A DNA stretch of 64,000 bases from Lineus longissimus. Its lineage: Eukaryota. The stretch lies in NCBI RefSeq assembly GCF_910592395.1, contig NC_088308.1, forward strand, positions 2,728,001-2,792,000. Direction: 5' to 3'. A program made the translations under genes and the position numbers. This document shows, piece by piece, positions 14,601-26,794 of the stretch (position 1 is the first letter of the stretch; each line of letters opens with the position of its first letter). The notes under the pieces are model-generated. The model saw only the letters and a list, made by a program, of their open reading frames with translations, was not told the DNA's origin and made no database searches.

Positions 14601-16389
14601 CAAGAAAAAGACCACAAGTAAGAAACGCAAGGAAGAACCAAGTACAAGTATTACCAAAACAGCTGCGACGATTCCCTCGTCGGTGCCCAGCTTCTCCAGT
14701 ATTACAGATGTCGAGCCTACGAAGAAGAAGAAGCAGAAGATCATATCAACAGGCACGATGCGACCAACTAGAGAGAATGAAACGCTCTATTGTGTGTGTC
14801 GGCAGCCCTATGATGACACCAAGTAAGTTGTTAAAACTTTTTTGGCGATATGCAGACTGAAATAGTTTTGCTTGTAAGTCATGAGTTTTAAGTTAAAATG
14901 CCAACTGATATATTGCGAGGAGGCCTTTCCCAAAGCTTGTGATCATTTACATGTCTTAATCTCCCTTGACTTTCTTTCAGATTCTACATTGGTTGCGACT
15001 TGTGTTCAAATTGGTTCCATGGGAACTGTGTTGAGATTACAGAAGAACAAGCCAAGTTCATGGACTCCTACATCTGCGACGACTGTAAGAGGGCAAGAGA
15101 TGACACTTCAGAGGAACTCTATTGCCTGTGTCGAACGCCATATGACGAGTCACAGTAAGTGGCACCTCTTTTTGCCAAACATCACGTGACGAGTACTAGT
15201 ACAGGCAAATTAGTCAGATGCAAAAGCACTGTCAAACGTTTTCGATATTGATTGGTAGTTAAAGCTCAACCATATTCATAAAAATCAATCCCCAAAAGAG
15301 TTCATTTACAAAAGACACCCATAGCTGAACCTCTCTCGGAGGAACTCTTTGGGACTGATGAATGCTGTCAATAAGGGAGATGTGTCTTGATCGGAAGGTT
15401 CAAGTTCAGTCGAATGAACAATTCTGTTTCACAATCATTGTCCTCAAAGTGAAGGAGGATGCACTGCTCAACAGTCTGGTGTGCCTATCCAACTTTCTTT
15501 CAAGCTGGTCATATGATTTTCACTGGGTTATTCCTGCTTCAGGTTTTACATTGGTTGTGATCGTTGCCAAGATTGGTTCCATGGCCGGTGTGTGGGTATC
15601 ACGAAGTGTGAAGCGGACAGTTTAGATGTGTACATATGTCCCAATTGTCAGAAATCTAGCCAGTCCCAGCATCATGCAGCTAATAGGAAGGTGCTAATAG
15701 AGAAAGATTTTGAAGTGTTACGGAGAGTCGTTAAAGGAATGCAGGTAGGTTTTATTGCCAAACCAAGTATGAAAGACATATTTGGCTATCTTCCAACAGC
15801 GGGATATGAAGTGCTTGTGATGTTTCTACATTCACAGAGCAACATTTGCAGAAGAAAAATTTATAAACAGATCCTTAGTTTTCTCTGTATCGGTAAATAA
15901 TGATTTGGCTTGTTCTTTCAGACTCACAAAATGGCCTGGCCATTCGTTGAACCAGTCGACCCAGATGAAGTGCCTGACTATTACGAGATCATTAAGGAAC
16001 CCATGGGTAAGTTCAGAGCCCGGTTGTCTAAAGCAAGTTTTGTCAACTGTTGAAGCAGATAGCTTCTTCATGGACCTGTGTGGTTCCCCAACCCAAGAGG
16101 ATACCATTAGCAAGAAAATCTCAAAACAACAAGTCCTTATTAAACCTTGTGATAAGGTGTTCATGTTACTTCGTTTCCTCTTCCAGATCTCAACACCTTG
16201 GAAAAGAAGGTCATAAATCACGAGTACCCAACATTGGGAGACTTCACGAAAGATGTCACGAGGATATTTGACAACTGCCGCTACTATAATCCTAACGACA
16301 GCCCATTCTTTCAGTGTGCTGAAGTTCTAGAGACCCACTTTGTACAGAAACTCAAAACATTGAAAGAGAAAATAATGCACAGTCACTAA
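2608..16389 (+). CDS. BPTF: Nucleosome-remodeling factor subunit BPTF/NURF301 (DDT, PHD, two C-terminal PHD fingers, bromodomain); 23 coding exons
   Basis: Phase-consistent GT-AG exons: 2608-3680, 4027-4269, 4520-4725, 4891-5025, 5236-5543, 5757-6216, 6526-6807, 7008-7391, 7599-7738, 7994-10253, 10581-10725, 11066-11418, 11616-11813, 12005-12106, 12347-13132, 13371-13489, 13713-13867, 14095-14257, 14572-14822, 14981-15154, 15543-15744, 15922-16006, 16187-16389. Motifs: RGRPPK AT-hook-like, [22 protein letters not shown] (DDT), [20 protein letters not shown] (PHD), [19 protein letters not shown] and [19 protein letters not shown] (PHDs), [25 protein letters not shown] (bromodomain). Confidence 0.96.
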
Positions 16390-18420
16390 TTGGAATCAAG
16401 GCCTTGACTTCGACATAGTAGGTGAGCCAAAATGAGCCCACGCAGTTGAGCTATTCCATTGGATCTCTTATAGGTGTAAAGCAGGAATTAACATGTCTGG
16501 GAGAGCAATTTGCTCACCTTTGAGGAAAACAAAGTGAACATGGTGGAACACGGGCAAGTTCTTGCCTTAACTGAAGACAAGGCCTTGGAATCTCTTTATT
16601 GACTTGTGTTTCTTCTCAGCTTGGAACGTGTACTCATATCTCTCACTGCATGTATGGCTATGTACTGTTGTACCAGTCAGTGACTTTGACTGACATTGTG
16701 TACCATTTGCCCATGCCAAGAACTTAATATCTGTCTATGACCCGAAGTGCCCACTTTTGCCGGAGCTGGTTGCGTTTGCTGGTCCTTGTACAATGTAGTA
16801 GATATTGTAATGTAAGATATCTCATCTTATTTATGTCTGTACAAATCTTTTTCTCCAAGAACATCTCTCCCGTACCTCTTAAGCCGAGATAAGTTATTTA
16901 TTTATTGTTTGCTCGTTTTGTATGCTAAAATGTTTAAAGTATTGATGTTTAGGCATTGTTGTAACTTGAACGTTTGAATTAAAAAGGGATCATCTCTAAA
17001 TACACAGTAGCTGAAAATGGTCATCACCTAAATTTGACCAACACCAAGCTTTTGATTGCTAATTGTGAAGAAATAAAGCACATTTATACAATTCCAAGGA
17101 GGGGAAGCGAGTGGCTAGATAAGAATGTACTTTGAGATAAACCTGGATTATGTTGACTTTGAATAAAATACCCCAAGCTCAATGTGGTCATCATATTTTA
17201 TTCACAATACTACGCTGTAGATTTGGCCCTTTTGTTCCGATATCTGCCAATTGCGGTCTGATTAAAAGTTCTTATTGGAGTATTTGTCTTCGTTGGAGTT
17301 GATCCCTACAAAACCTTTCCTGACTCAAGGTTATGTAGGCCCTGTAACACAGTGGTCACCTAAGATCAGGGTTTGAAAAATAATGTAGTAGTAAGATTGT
17401 CACCCCGAGGCAATTTTCACTTGCCATCTCGTTTGAGACTGTTAAGAAGTACACTGTGTGATCTTCTCGAAATACCCATAAATTATAGTTCTGACCGTTA
17501 GATTGCATGATTTTTTTGTAGTGCTGTTAATGTAAAATACAGGTGGCTGAGTTAGTGTAAATCGAAGGCAATATGTGTGAGATATGGGAAAGGCTTATGT
17601 GGTGAAATGTATTTTGTATAGATAACCATTATAGAAACAAATAATGAGATTTAAACTATTTTCTTACTTGTGAGACTGTGTATATACAAATTACATGTAG
17701 ATATTTTTATGCATCGACTGAATTGCCTTTGTAAGAATGATATCATCAAAATTTGATGGAAATGTGTAAAAACGTTCATACATGTAAGTTGACAGGCATC
17801 TTTAGATGATTTGGGCTCTTCATGAACATAAACTTGATAAGACAATGGGGTTGCTTCTGGTAGCCTTGATTTTCTCCTAATGAATTTGTTTCAGTAAGCT
17901 ATTTTCTCTGAAGATGTTTAAAAATATCTCTGGCACCTTGATAGATGCTAAGATGGGATTAGTATCAAAACTAATGTTAAACACCCTGAGCTGGGAAAAC
18001 TGTTTGTCCCAAATGTGACTTGCTACCTTTCAGTACGATGGGTCACAGTTATGGTGACTTTGATGTTTGAATCAAAACTGTTGTTTGATGATTGTCTAAA
18101 AACCACCCAGTGTACAATTGACCGGGTAACTGCAATCTTAGTGAAAAGTTATCTGTGAAATCGGCATGGTTGGTATTCGTGCAATTGTTGCAGATTCCGA
18201 TTGTGGAAATATCCATTTTCACCAAATCCATTTCCACTTGTAAATAATCCAACTTTCATATTCACATTCATCATTTTTCACAGAAGACGTGCATTTTCCA
18301 GCGTTTTTTTCATGGGAGGTATATCTGAATTTTGAATTTGAAAATAACTGAAGTTGGCATTTGACTAGAAACGCATGTGTAGCTGAATCAAATAAAGTTA
18401 CCTTTTGATATAGATTCAGG
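16390..18420 (+). other. Probable BPTF 3' UTR (~2 kb)
   Basis: T/TG-rich non-coding sequence after the stop; AATAAA at 18391-18396 followed by a GT-rich downstream element; earlier AATAAA at ~17072 and ~17162 may be proximal sites. Confidence 0.6.
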
Positions 18421-19084
18421 TGTTAAGTTATGTTTTGTGTTATCAAAGTTGTCATATTTGTTCAACAGATTGATTAATCAGGTTGTAGGCAAATCGGCAG
18501 TAGCAGGGTTGGCGCGCCGTTCGCATTTTCGCCACTTGGGAATGCTGCACATGAGTGGCGAATGTAAAACAATGTCTGGCTAAACATTTTGCGAATTCAA
18601 TTTGAATTGCCATTATTTGGCGAGAGAGTATTAGTGTTGTGCGAAAATTGATCAAAGTCTATCAAAAAGATCCACTTCAACACCGAATGCACCAAGGAAC
18701 GATCGTTAGTCAGTCAAACTTTATCATATTTGCGGGCGGCCGCGCTATCACACGTGGTTGCTATCGTCTGCATTGTAGTTCTACCCGTTGCCGCTAGTGA
18801 TTTTGGTGGCGCTGCTGGTCGCCTTACGCATACGTTATCGGCTAGTTTCCCGCTCGCTTCGTTGCCATGGAGTCTCCGGTCACGGGTTCCTCGAATCGTT
18901 CGTTGATTTGCTAGTTTAAGTACTGGCGGGCTGCCATTCTCGCACATGTTACTGTGGGCTGGGTCGACCCCAAGATGGACAAACGATCGGCAATGGCTTG
19001 AACTAACTCAATATGGCTAAAGTGACAGCAACTTGGCTAAAAAGTGACAGCCACTTGGCTAAAAAGTGGCTAGGAGGAAAAAAC

Positions 19085-19479
19085 GACCTGGTGTAGAAGT
19101 ATCTAGCCACCCAGCACACATCCAGTCCCTCATGCTATGGTCCTTTCACCTAATAAGTGAGCATCACAACCTGGTGTAGCAGTAGATTGAGTCCCCACAC
19201 ATCCATGTCAGTCCCTCATATTGCTATGGTCCTTTCACCTAACAAGTAAGTGAGCATCATGACCTGGTGTAGCAGTAGATCGAGTCCCCACACATCCAGT
19301 CCCTCATGATGTGGTCTTTTCACCGAAAGAGTAAGCATCATGCCCTGGTGTAGCAGTAGATTGAGTCCCCAAACATCCAGTCCCTCATGCTGTGGTCCTT
19401 TCAGTTTCACCTAATATAGTATAAGCATCACGACCTGGTGAAGCAGTAGATTGAGTCCCCACTCATCCAGTCCCTCATG
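19085..19479. repeat. Tandem array, ~4.6 copies of an 81-93 bp unit
   Basis: (A/C)CCTGGTG..AG recurs at 19086, 19169, 19262, 19343, 19433, each followed by ..CATCCA(..)GTCCCTCAT. Confidence 0.9.
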
Positions 19480-21133
19480 GCCCACAAAAAACACCTGGGG
19501 AGAGGGGAAAGGGACCTCATACAACCAATGCGACCACCATCCTTCGTCCAAGGACAGGCACCTACTGCAGGCTAAAGCCCACCTCAAGAGGATGAACATG
19601 GCAGACAAAATTTGTTTTGAATAACCAGGCCCTGGTAGTGTACAATGTAGTATAATCATAAATACAGAAGAAGATGTGCCTCATCTACTTACACTCCGGA
19701 CGCAGTGGACCGGCCTCTTTCCTCAACCTAACCTTGGAGACACATAGGATAACGCAATGGGCTGCCCAGGGAGTCCACATCTATTTATAATAATAATGAT
19801 TTTATTGCTCTTATGTACACGAGTAAGCGCCAGTGCCAGTGCGTTCTTTTTGGTACTAGCGCCTCATCTCGCGCCAAGCCGAAGTGAGCGACCCTGCGAG
19901 CGGGTTACTTAGACATAAAATGGCTGCCGCACCTTACTTCCAGTAAATGCCGGCTTTGCGATATATACAAATGTTACAGAGGTGCCCTCTGTCTGTGTAC
20001 ATACGTTTATATCTCTTGTCTATCGATCCGTTTTGCCCTTGCATTTAATCATTAGCCTATACTCGCCTGTGCGCCTCGAGCTAATACCATGTATGATTAT
20101 GTAAGATTTGCTAAGTAGGGTTACGAAATGTGCTAATCATGTTTATGTCCACGTCACTGTTGTCATTGGTCACGATCGTTCGTTTGTTAAGTAGAAAGTT
20201 AGTTTCCCCTTATGACATCACTATTTCGGACACTCAGCGCCCCATTTCTGGAAAGGTGTATAGCTATCCGTACGGGAAAGACCTGTACAGGAAATGCTCC
20301 CGTTCTCATCACCAAAAACCCTCTGTAGTTTTGTACATCTTGCTAATATTCTGGAACCCAGGATAAAATATATATATCATCTTTAACTACTGATCATTAT
20401 TTATCTCTTCGTCGGTTAGAACAGCTCAAATGCTCCAGAGGTTCCTTCCACGCAGTGCTCTCCAGCAGTATTCTATCGGCTGTTGGATTGGAGCAAGAAC
20501 CCGTGTTATATAAGTAGCCAGAGTTTGGTTACATTTTAATGCATTAGACTGCAGTTTTTTAGGGCTCAATTCATTGGGCCTGCGCTTCAATGCGCGAAAT
20601 CAAAGCGCGAGATCCGACGCTCACCGAAGCGCGGCGCTACAGTTTTTTTAATACCTAGACTTCTGTGTAAACCTTTGCCGCCTTACCTATCAAGTTGAAT
20701 CAAAACACCCGTGTAAGTGATCTGACCATGGTGTGCTCGGCTGAACCCCTCGTGTCGTACCCGCTGCTGAGGAGGAGACCACGTAATGAGTCCGCAATCC
20801 CATCCTCTGCAGCGGGGACAGCCGGACGGTCAGTCGAGCGACACTGAGGAGAAAACGCTAGGGAAGTGGGCGCCAAGCCGAGATCGATTACAGAATCCAG
20901 AAGGGTGCCCTTTGTGCACCCAGCGCCAGAGGCCCACTTAGCCAGAAGAACACAGTTATATATACAGACAAGCCACATTCTTTGTTATTTGGGGTGGACA
21001 AGCGTAGTCGAACGCATCCCTAATTTATTGCATCCTGATCGGGACTAATATTTCGGAGCCTGATCGTCGGCAAAATTCCATTTTTAGGCATGGTTTCCAA
21101 ACACAGGCCTCCCGGTGTGACTTTTCAGGTTGT

Positions 21134-21576
21134 GAGACAAGACCACAATTGATTTTTTAAGCCTTTTAGCAGTTAAATTGTCAATGTTTGACCGCGACGC
21201 ATCAAAGAATGCGTCAAGTAGTGAAACTGAAATTCGGATATGATATACGGGTTAGTCTTGCGAGTAACTGGTGCGATGGAAATTGGTGATTGACCACGGA
21301 AATTTTTTTATAATCGACAAATTAGACAGACTTTGATATTTCCACTGTTTTCAGCCAACTGGCAGAAAAAACTCAAAACACGCCCCCTATTACCCAATTA
21401 GCAAAATTCGAAATTAATTTTTTCATCAAATAATTTCTTTATATCTGTAGACTTGCCACAGCAAATATTTTTTCAATACCTCTCCAAATATGTACTTGAG
21501 AGTAAAAAACATGCACTCGTCTAATTGATAGGCCTCGACCCTCCAACCTATGAATATTCATTAGTGGTCTTGTCTC
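21134..21576. mobile_element. 443-bp MITE, copy 1 (Sola2-like: GAG termini, 4-bp TSD)
   Basis: 13-bp TIR GAGACAAGACCAC / GTGGTCTTGTCTC; TTGT on both flanks; near-identical copies at 40993 and 41985. Confidence 0.9.
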
Positions 21577-22309
21577 TTGTTCCTCAGTAAGAGTAAATCG
21601 ATTGAGTCAAGGTTATCGGTGGGGACACTCCAGACGCAGTGGATCGGATACCAACTAGGATGACGCAATGAGCTGCCTTGGATGTCTAAGTGTGGGCAGA
21701 GTCTTTCAAATAAATTTAATTGAAAAAACTCTGGTGTGGGAATTGAAGCAAATTAGAAAAAAAACTGAGGCAGATTCAACAGCGAATTATTCCTGTTTAG
21801 CTCCTGCACATCTGTTGGTGCAGCTGTCTTGAATAAATACATATCAGTTGAGACCGGTGATCTCTCTCGATTGTGATGCATGGGCTTGAAACTGGGATGC
21901 ATACGCCCTTCGTTGATAACTGACAAGTAGGCATAAAGGAGGATCGTGTTGGTCTTGTATGTAAGTGTGTAAATCTTACTGAAAATGTAACTTTCAGTCA
22001 AAAATTAGTAAGTTAACCGATTTAAGGTGTTAGGTTGCTCAAACTCGTTGGTCAGTTGACTCAGCTAAATTATGCATGTTCAGGTTGATTTATCCACCGG
22101 TCATTTCTACCCTGGCTTGACCAAATTGATAAATCACCATTGACCACCTCTGCAGTATCAAAAGGGAGTCTTCGAGTGGATTGTTTATTATGATGTTTTC
22201 TGTGCCATCCCAAAAATTAAACGTTTATCGTAAATGCAGGTGACACATCCTTCACACTGAATTTGATTTGGCTTTGTCAACAATAATGAGAAGAAGTATA
22301 TAAAAACAA

Positions 22310-22479
22310 CCGGTGTGGCGGGGATAGTAGTCCTAGGGCTGATAGTCCGTGTAACAATAGCCCGCATTTCTGAATGTTTTGGTTAGGGTTAGCGGTACAA
22401 TAGATCATGCTGCTTAATTGGTCAAATACAATGCTACCGGACTATGACTCCAGGGGGACTATATCCGCTGTCACACCGG
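22310..22479. mobile_element. 170-bp MITE-like fold-back with internal GGTTAGGGTTAG
   Basis: Termini CCGGTGTG / CACACCGG, with imperfect inverted repeats extending ~45 bp; no clear TSD. Confidence 0.6.
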
Positions 22480-22820
22480 GCCCAGGAGAGCAACCTGGAT
22501 AATCAAGTTGGCCAAGCCATGGAAACTATTTCTGCTCTCAGTTTTCACAAACAGTGCTTGTTTCAACATGCATGTTCAGGGGGAGTTAGCAGTAACGTTA
22601 GCGTTAAGTCCTAACGCTACTATTGTGGGTCTGATTTACTAGCAGTTGTCTCGAACGCCGATTGAACAACGATGATGACTACTAACATACATGTATTTCG
22701 ATTCGGATCTTTACAAACGTCATTTCGGAATGATGACTATTGGCGGCTCGGTCAAAACATTGCAAACGATAGTTTTACAATGATGACTCAATTTTTCGTC
22801 CTTTTTATTCTCTTTTCAGA

Positions 22821-24014
22821 ATGGCTTATCGGACGCGTGCCCTTGTTGTTGGGTTGACGATGTTCTTGGTGGGGGCAGCCACCTACCAGTTCTTCACCAG
22901 TATCGGCCCGTCAATAGCGGGACGCGCGAAGATGCGCGTATACTCCGACAGCGCTACTAACCTTCGAATGGCTGCGAAGCTGGGGAGGTCGATGACTTCT
23001 ACTGCAGCAAGAGTGGCGGATCATTTGGTGGAACTTGGCGACTGTGCCACTTTTCGCGCCAGTGCCCCGATCTATGCCCATTGGAAGCTACGGGCGGATT
23101 TACCAAATGTCTCCTTGTCTGATCCTCTGAAATCCATCTTTCATTACGGAATATTTATCGATCCTAATGTTACATTGGCTGCCAAAACTAGAAAACCGGA
23201 GGATGGGAAATACGTGGTTCCAAATATACAGCATTACGCTTGGTATTCGGACAATTCTAAAAATGTCAAAGTGAATCTAAGATTTCATCATTATTTGAGT
23301 ATGCTCAGTGCTCAGAAATTTAATAAGCCAGATTGTGTTTACTTTTGGTATGAGAAAGAGCCAACTGGTGAACTTTGGGAAAAATTAAAAAACAAGTTAC
23401 CAAACTTGATTATGGTGTATCGTGAAGGTCCCACTTCCATATATGGAAATGTAATTAACTTGCCGGAGCACAAGTCGGATGTTGTGCGCTTAGAGGCGTT
23501 GCTCAAGTATGGCGGACTTTACACCGACTTGGATGTTCTCGTTTTAAAGCCTTTGACGGACCTTCGCGTCCACGATATGACCATGGGATATGAATCAGCA
23601 GGCGAAGCCCGCAACTGGCTTTGCAATGGAATCATGCAGGCAAAGCCCAATGCCACTTTTCTGCGGATATGGTACAAACGGTATGAAAAGTTTAATGATG
23701 GGAACTGGGGAGGGCATTCTGTGAGATTGCCAGCAAAATTGGCAAAGGAATTCCCGAAATTGATTCACACGGAAATTGACACGTTTAATCGGCCAAATTG
23801 GCAGGAAGTAAATTGGCTATACAAGGATGGAAAGATCTGGGACTGGAGCCGGAGTTACACTGTTCATCTTTGGTTCAGGTTTTATAATAAGGAGCACAAT
23901 CTTGAAGATATAAAAACCATTAATACAACCATGGGACAGTTGTTTAGGTTTGTAGTCTATGGTAAAATAGACTTGATTGGAAAGGATAAAAAAGTCACAG
24001 CCTTCAGTTTATGA
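22821..24014 (+). CDS. Glycosyltransferase family 32 (alpha-1,4-GlcNAc/Gal transferase-like, DXD motif), type II membrane protein, single coding exon
   Basis: 397-aa ORF with an N-terminal signal anchor (ALVVGLTMFLVGAATYQFF), VPNIQHYAW, HKSDVVRLEALLKYGGLYTDLDV (DXD), LCNGIM, WGGHSV and VHLW motifs. A splice acceptor TTTTCAG just before the ATG implies an upstream UTR exon. Confidence 0.88.
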   Translation: MAYRTRALVVGLTMFLVGAATYQFFTSIGPSIAGRAKMRVYSDSATNLRMAAKLGRSMTSTAARVADHLVELGDCATFRASAPIYAHWKLRADLPNVSLSDPLKSIFHYGIFIDPNVTLAAKTRKPEDGKYVVPNIQHYAWYSDNSKNVKVNLRFHHYLSMLSAQKFNKPDCVYFWYEKEPTGELWEKLKNKLPNLIMVYREGPTSIYGNVINLPEHKSDVVRLEALLKYGGLYTDLDVLVLKPLTDLRVHDMTMGYESAGEARNWLCNGIMQAKPNATFLRIWYKRYEKFNDGNWGGHSVRLPAKLAKEFPKLIHTEIDTFNRPNWQEVNWLYKDGKIWDWSRSYTVHLWFRFYNKEHNLEDIKTINTTMGQLFRFVVYGKIDLIGKDKKVTAFSL

Positions 24015-26434
24015 TGAACGCATCCAGCAGCTGGTTGGGTACTATTCCTTTTAACGAGGTTTAGCAATGTTCCGATGAGTCACAGAACTGCGACATTGCG
24101 AAGAACTGTTCAAAGTGTTAGCCCATTGTTGAAAGGCACCCATCATGTTACGTGATTGTATTGAATTTTAACGTAATTAAAGCACATGTATTCATTACCC
24201 AAAAAGAGGTTTCATTGTAATTTATTGTGGATCATGACATCTGATATCACGACACCCCGCCTTATCCATACATGTTCCCTCCTGCTTATCCTTGTTGAGA
24301 TATTGATGCGCAAGCGCAGTGAGAACCTGAAACAGTTATGATTGGGTCAAGGACATCGGTCATCCCCTTCTCTGGTCTCACTAGTCAGTGTGGTGATCAG
24401 GCCAAAAAACTAGTACTTCAATCGAGAGTGATTACCATGGATACAGATGGGCCTACTCTATCTCTATTGTTCAAATGTAAATGTCCGATGTTTTTTGTGA
24501 AGGGGTAGCTCTGTCGATTATTTGAGGAAAATACCAGTTTCTTCTGTGCACTTACGCGGTGAGCAGGCCCTGCATGCTATTTATAGTTCAACAGTATGGT
24601 GACATCGACTGGTTCCTGTGAAATTGCACATGTTCTCAAGGTAAAATTTCGAGGGCAAAAAACTCCCAAAAAAAGCCGCAACGACAGCCTATTTTTATAT
24701 AAAAGATTGAAATAGTCGTCAGTTGGCTTTCTCAAGGTGATGAGTAGATGTGTATGAAATTTTTTTTTTCACCATCCTTGTTAATCTTGTAGTAATTAGG
24801 CATAAAGGTGAAATTTTTCAAATTCGCCTTAACATACAGGGTGTCTCATGCATTGTTCTGCATCAGTCTATGCATGACTGTATGTCTAGACGACGTTGAA
24901 ACTTGGCCAGATGTATTCCACAAGTGAGAAACTATTCAGAAATGTATAGGTTTGTGTGAGATTAAGGTACTGCCAAGTCTACAGCCGCTGGAACAGCCTG
25001 TGTATGCATGAAATGACGTCGCGTCATTTTTGGAGGCAGGTAGGCCTGGCCTCCTCACCGGCTAGTGAGACCTCTGTACCTGTTCCCTCCTGCTTATCCT
25101 TGTTGAGATATCGATGCGCGAGCGCAGCGAGAACCTGAAAGAGTTACATCACGTCATACTCATGGTCATCCCGCCTTCTCCATACATGTTCCCTTCTGCT
25201 TTTTGTTAAATCACAAACCCTTCAGTAATCCACCTAACGCTGTACCCTAAGTATATATACTTGTCCCAGCTGACAGCTGATTTGATTGCTACAGTGCTCT
25301 GCCGTGTTAGTCAAAGCATTATGACCATTGTTGGCCGGCGATTGTTCCCATTGTTGACAGGTCACTGGCGAGCCAACTGTGGCAGAGATAGTAGGTCGAG
25401 TGAGACAGACTTGGCAACGATGATCACCATTGACTACGCTTGGAAAATGTCCCACCTTATGAACTAGTGGCGTCACCTGTTATTTCTAGACGAACTCCGA
25501 CATCCCTCGAAGTGTACATTGAGGATGTAACAAATCGCAGGTGAAATAGGTTTCTGCCAATTTTTTAGATTTTTGTTTCAAATTTGCACTTTTGGTGCCC
25601 TCAAAGCGAGGCTTGGACGTGACTTACAGTCACGAAGTAAGATTACACCCCAGTGCATCTAACTGCTGTTTGAAATCGCTGTTTATAACCTCAATTGTCA
25701 CGCAAGTTAAAAAAAGTACAGGGTGTCCCAAAAAATCAGACATGGTGGTTGGTCACACTCAAATACTTAACTTGCGTCTTGCATCACATGCACAGTATGA
25801 AGTCAGCCTGAATGCTCTCGCATAGGCCTGAGTAACTTCAGGGTTAAGTAACGTAAAAAAGAATGACCAGACACACAATTAGGTGTGTGTAAAGTTCTAC
25901 AAAAACTAGGCCTACTCTCTAACCTTATTTACCCATTTTTTCACATCCTAATATCAATTTTTCCAACAGCTATTCTATTTTTGTCAAAAAACTGCAGTCT
26001 AGCCATTCAGTGCTGAATTACATCTCTGTGAGTTCACCTCTACTACAAATTACAATTCGTTTTTCCCAACTGGTGGGCGATTGCATTGCAGGCACCTTGA
26101 ACAAAACAGGAGATTATGATTTGAACATTTTGAAAGGAAACTTTGATAAAAACCAGGAATATATATGGAATGCCCAAAAGGAGTGTTGCCATGCAATAGC
26201 TCTAATGATATCAAAACTAGAGAATTTCAATTCGTCCCAGGGGCAACATCTCAGTCACAGAAGCCCTAAGGGACTTGTGATAACTTGTTTGCTCAGTGCA
26301 AGCAACCAAGTAAGTCAGTCCAACATTGAATCATTGTTCCATCAATGTGATAAAACAATTATCTTGTTATGTCTCTTTCAGGTCACCTCCTCAAGTCAGT
26401 TTCAGAATTGTTGGGTCCGAGCTGATGCCAAACA

Positions 26435-26750
26435 ATGGACGTCATGGAATTGGGTCGTGTGTTCCATTGGGGACCTTTGATTGCCCTGTCTATAATCTTC
26501 AGCATCTCAACCAGCTCAATAGTTTGTGACATGATGTGGTGGCCCCTCACAACTACTGGTGGTATCATCCATTTCATAATTTACATCATGTGGATGTATC
26601 TGACACTATATCATTTCTTGGGGGGCATGTATACTGGTCCTGGACATGTCCCATATGATTGGATGCCAGTAAGTACCAAGAAACATGGTATTGCACTATG
26701 CTTTTTGGCTCACCGTAGGGGAGTCTATACAATACCGCAGTGTCCGTCGT

Positions 26751-26794
<44 letters not shown>

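Noticed and set aside
2603..16221. Many antisense and alternate-frame ORFs over BPTF
   Set aside because: They are shadows of low-complexity coding exons with no independent gene signals.
18503..19075. hAT-like element starting CAGGGTTGGC with internal TTCGCCACT/AGTGGCGAA repeat
   Set aside because: No matching right terminus or TSD was found; probably a truncated repeat, but unsupported.
22381..22393. GGTTAGGGTTAG as telomere remnant or telomerase RNA template
   Set aside because: It is only two units and is embedded in a MITE-like fold-back; there is no adjacent pseudoknot or H/ACA domain.
25717..25737. TACAGGGTGTCCC Tc1/mariner-like terminus (also ~24835)
   Set aside because: Both are in the same orientation with no partner TIR.
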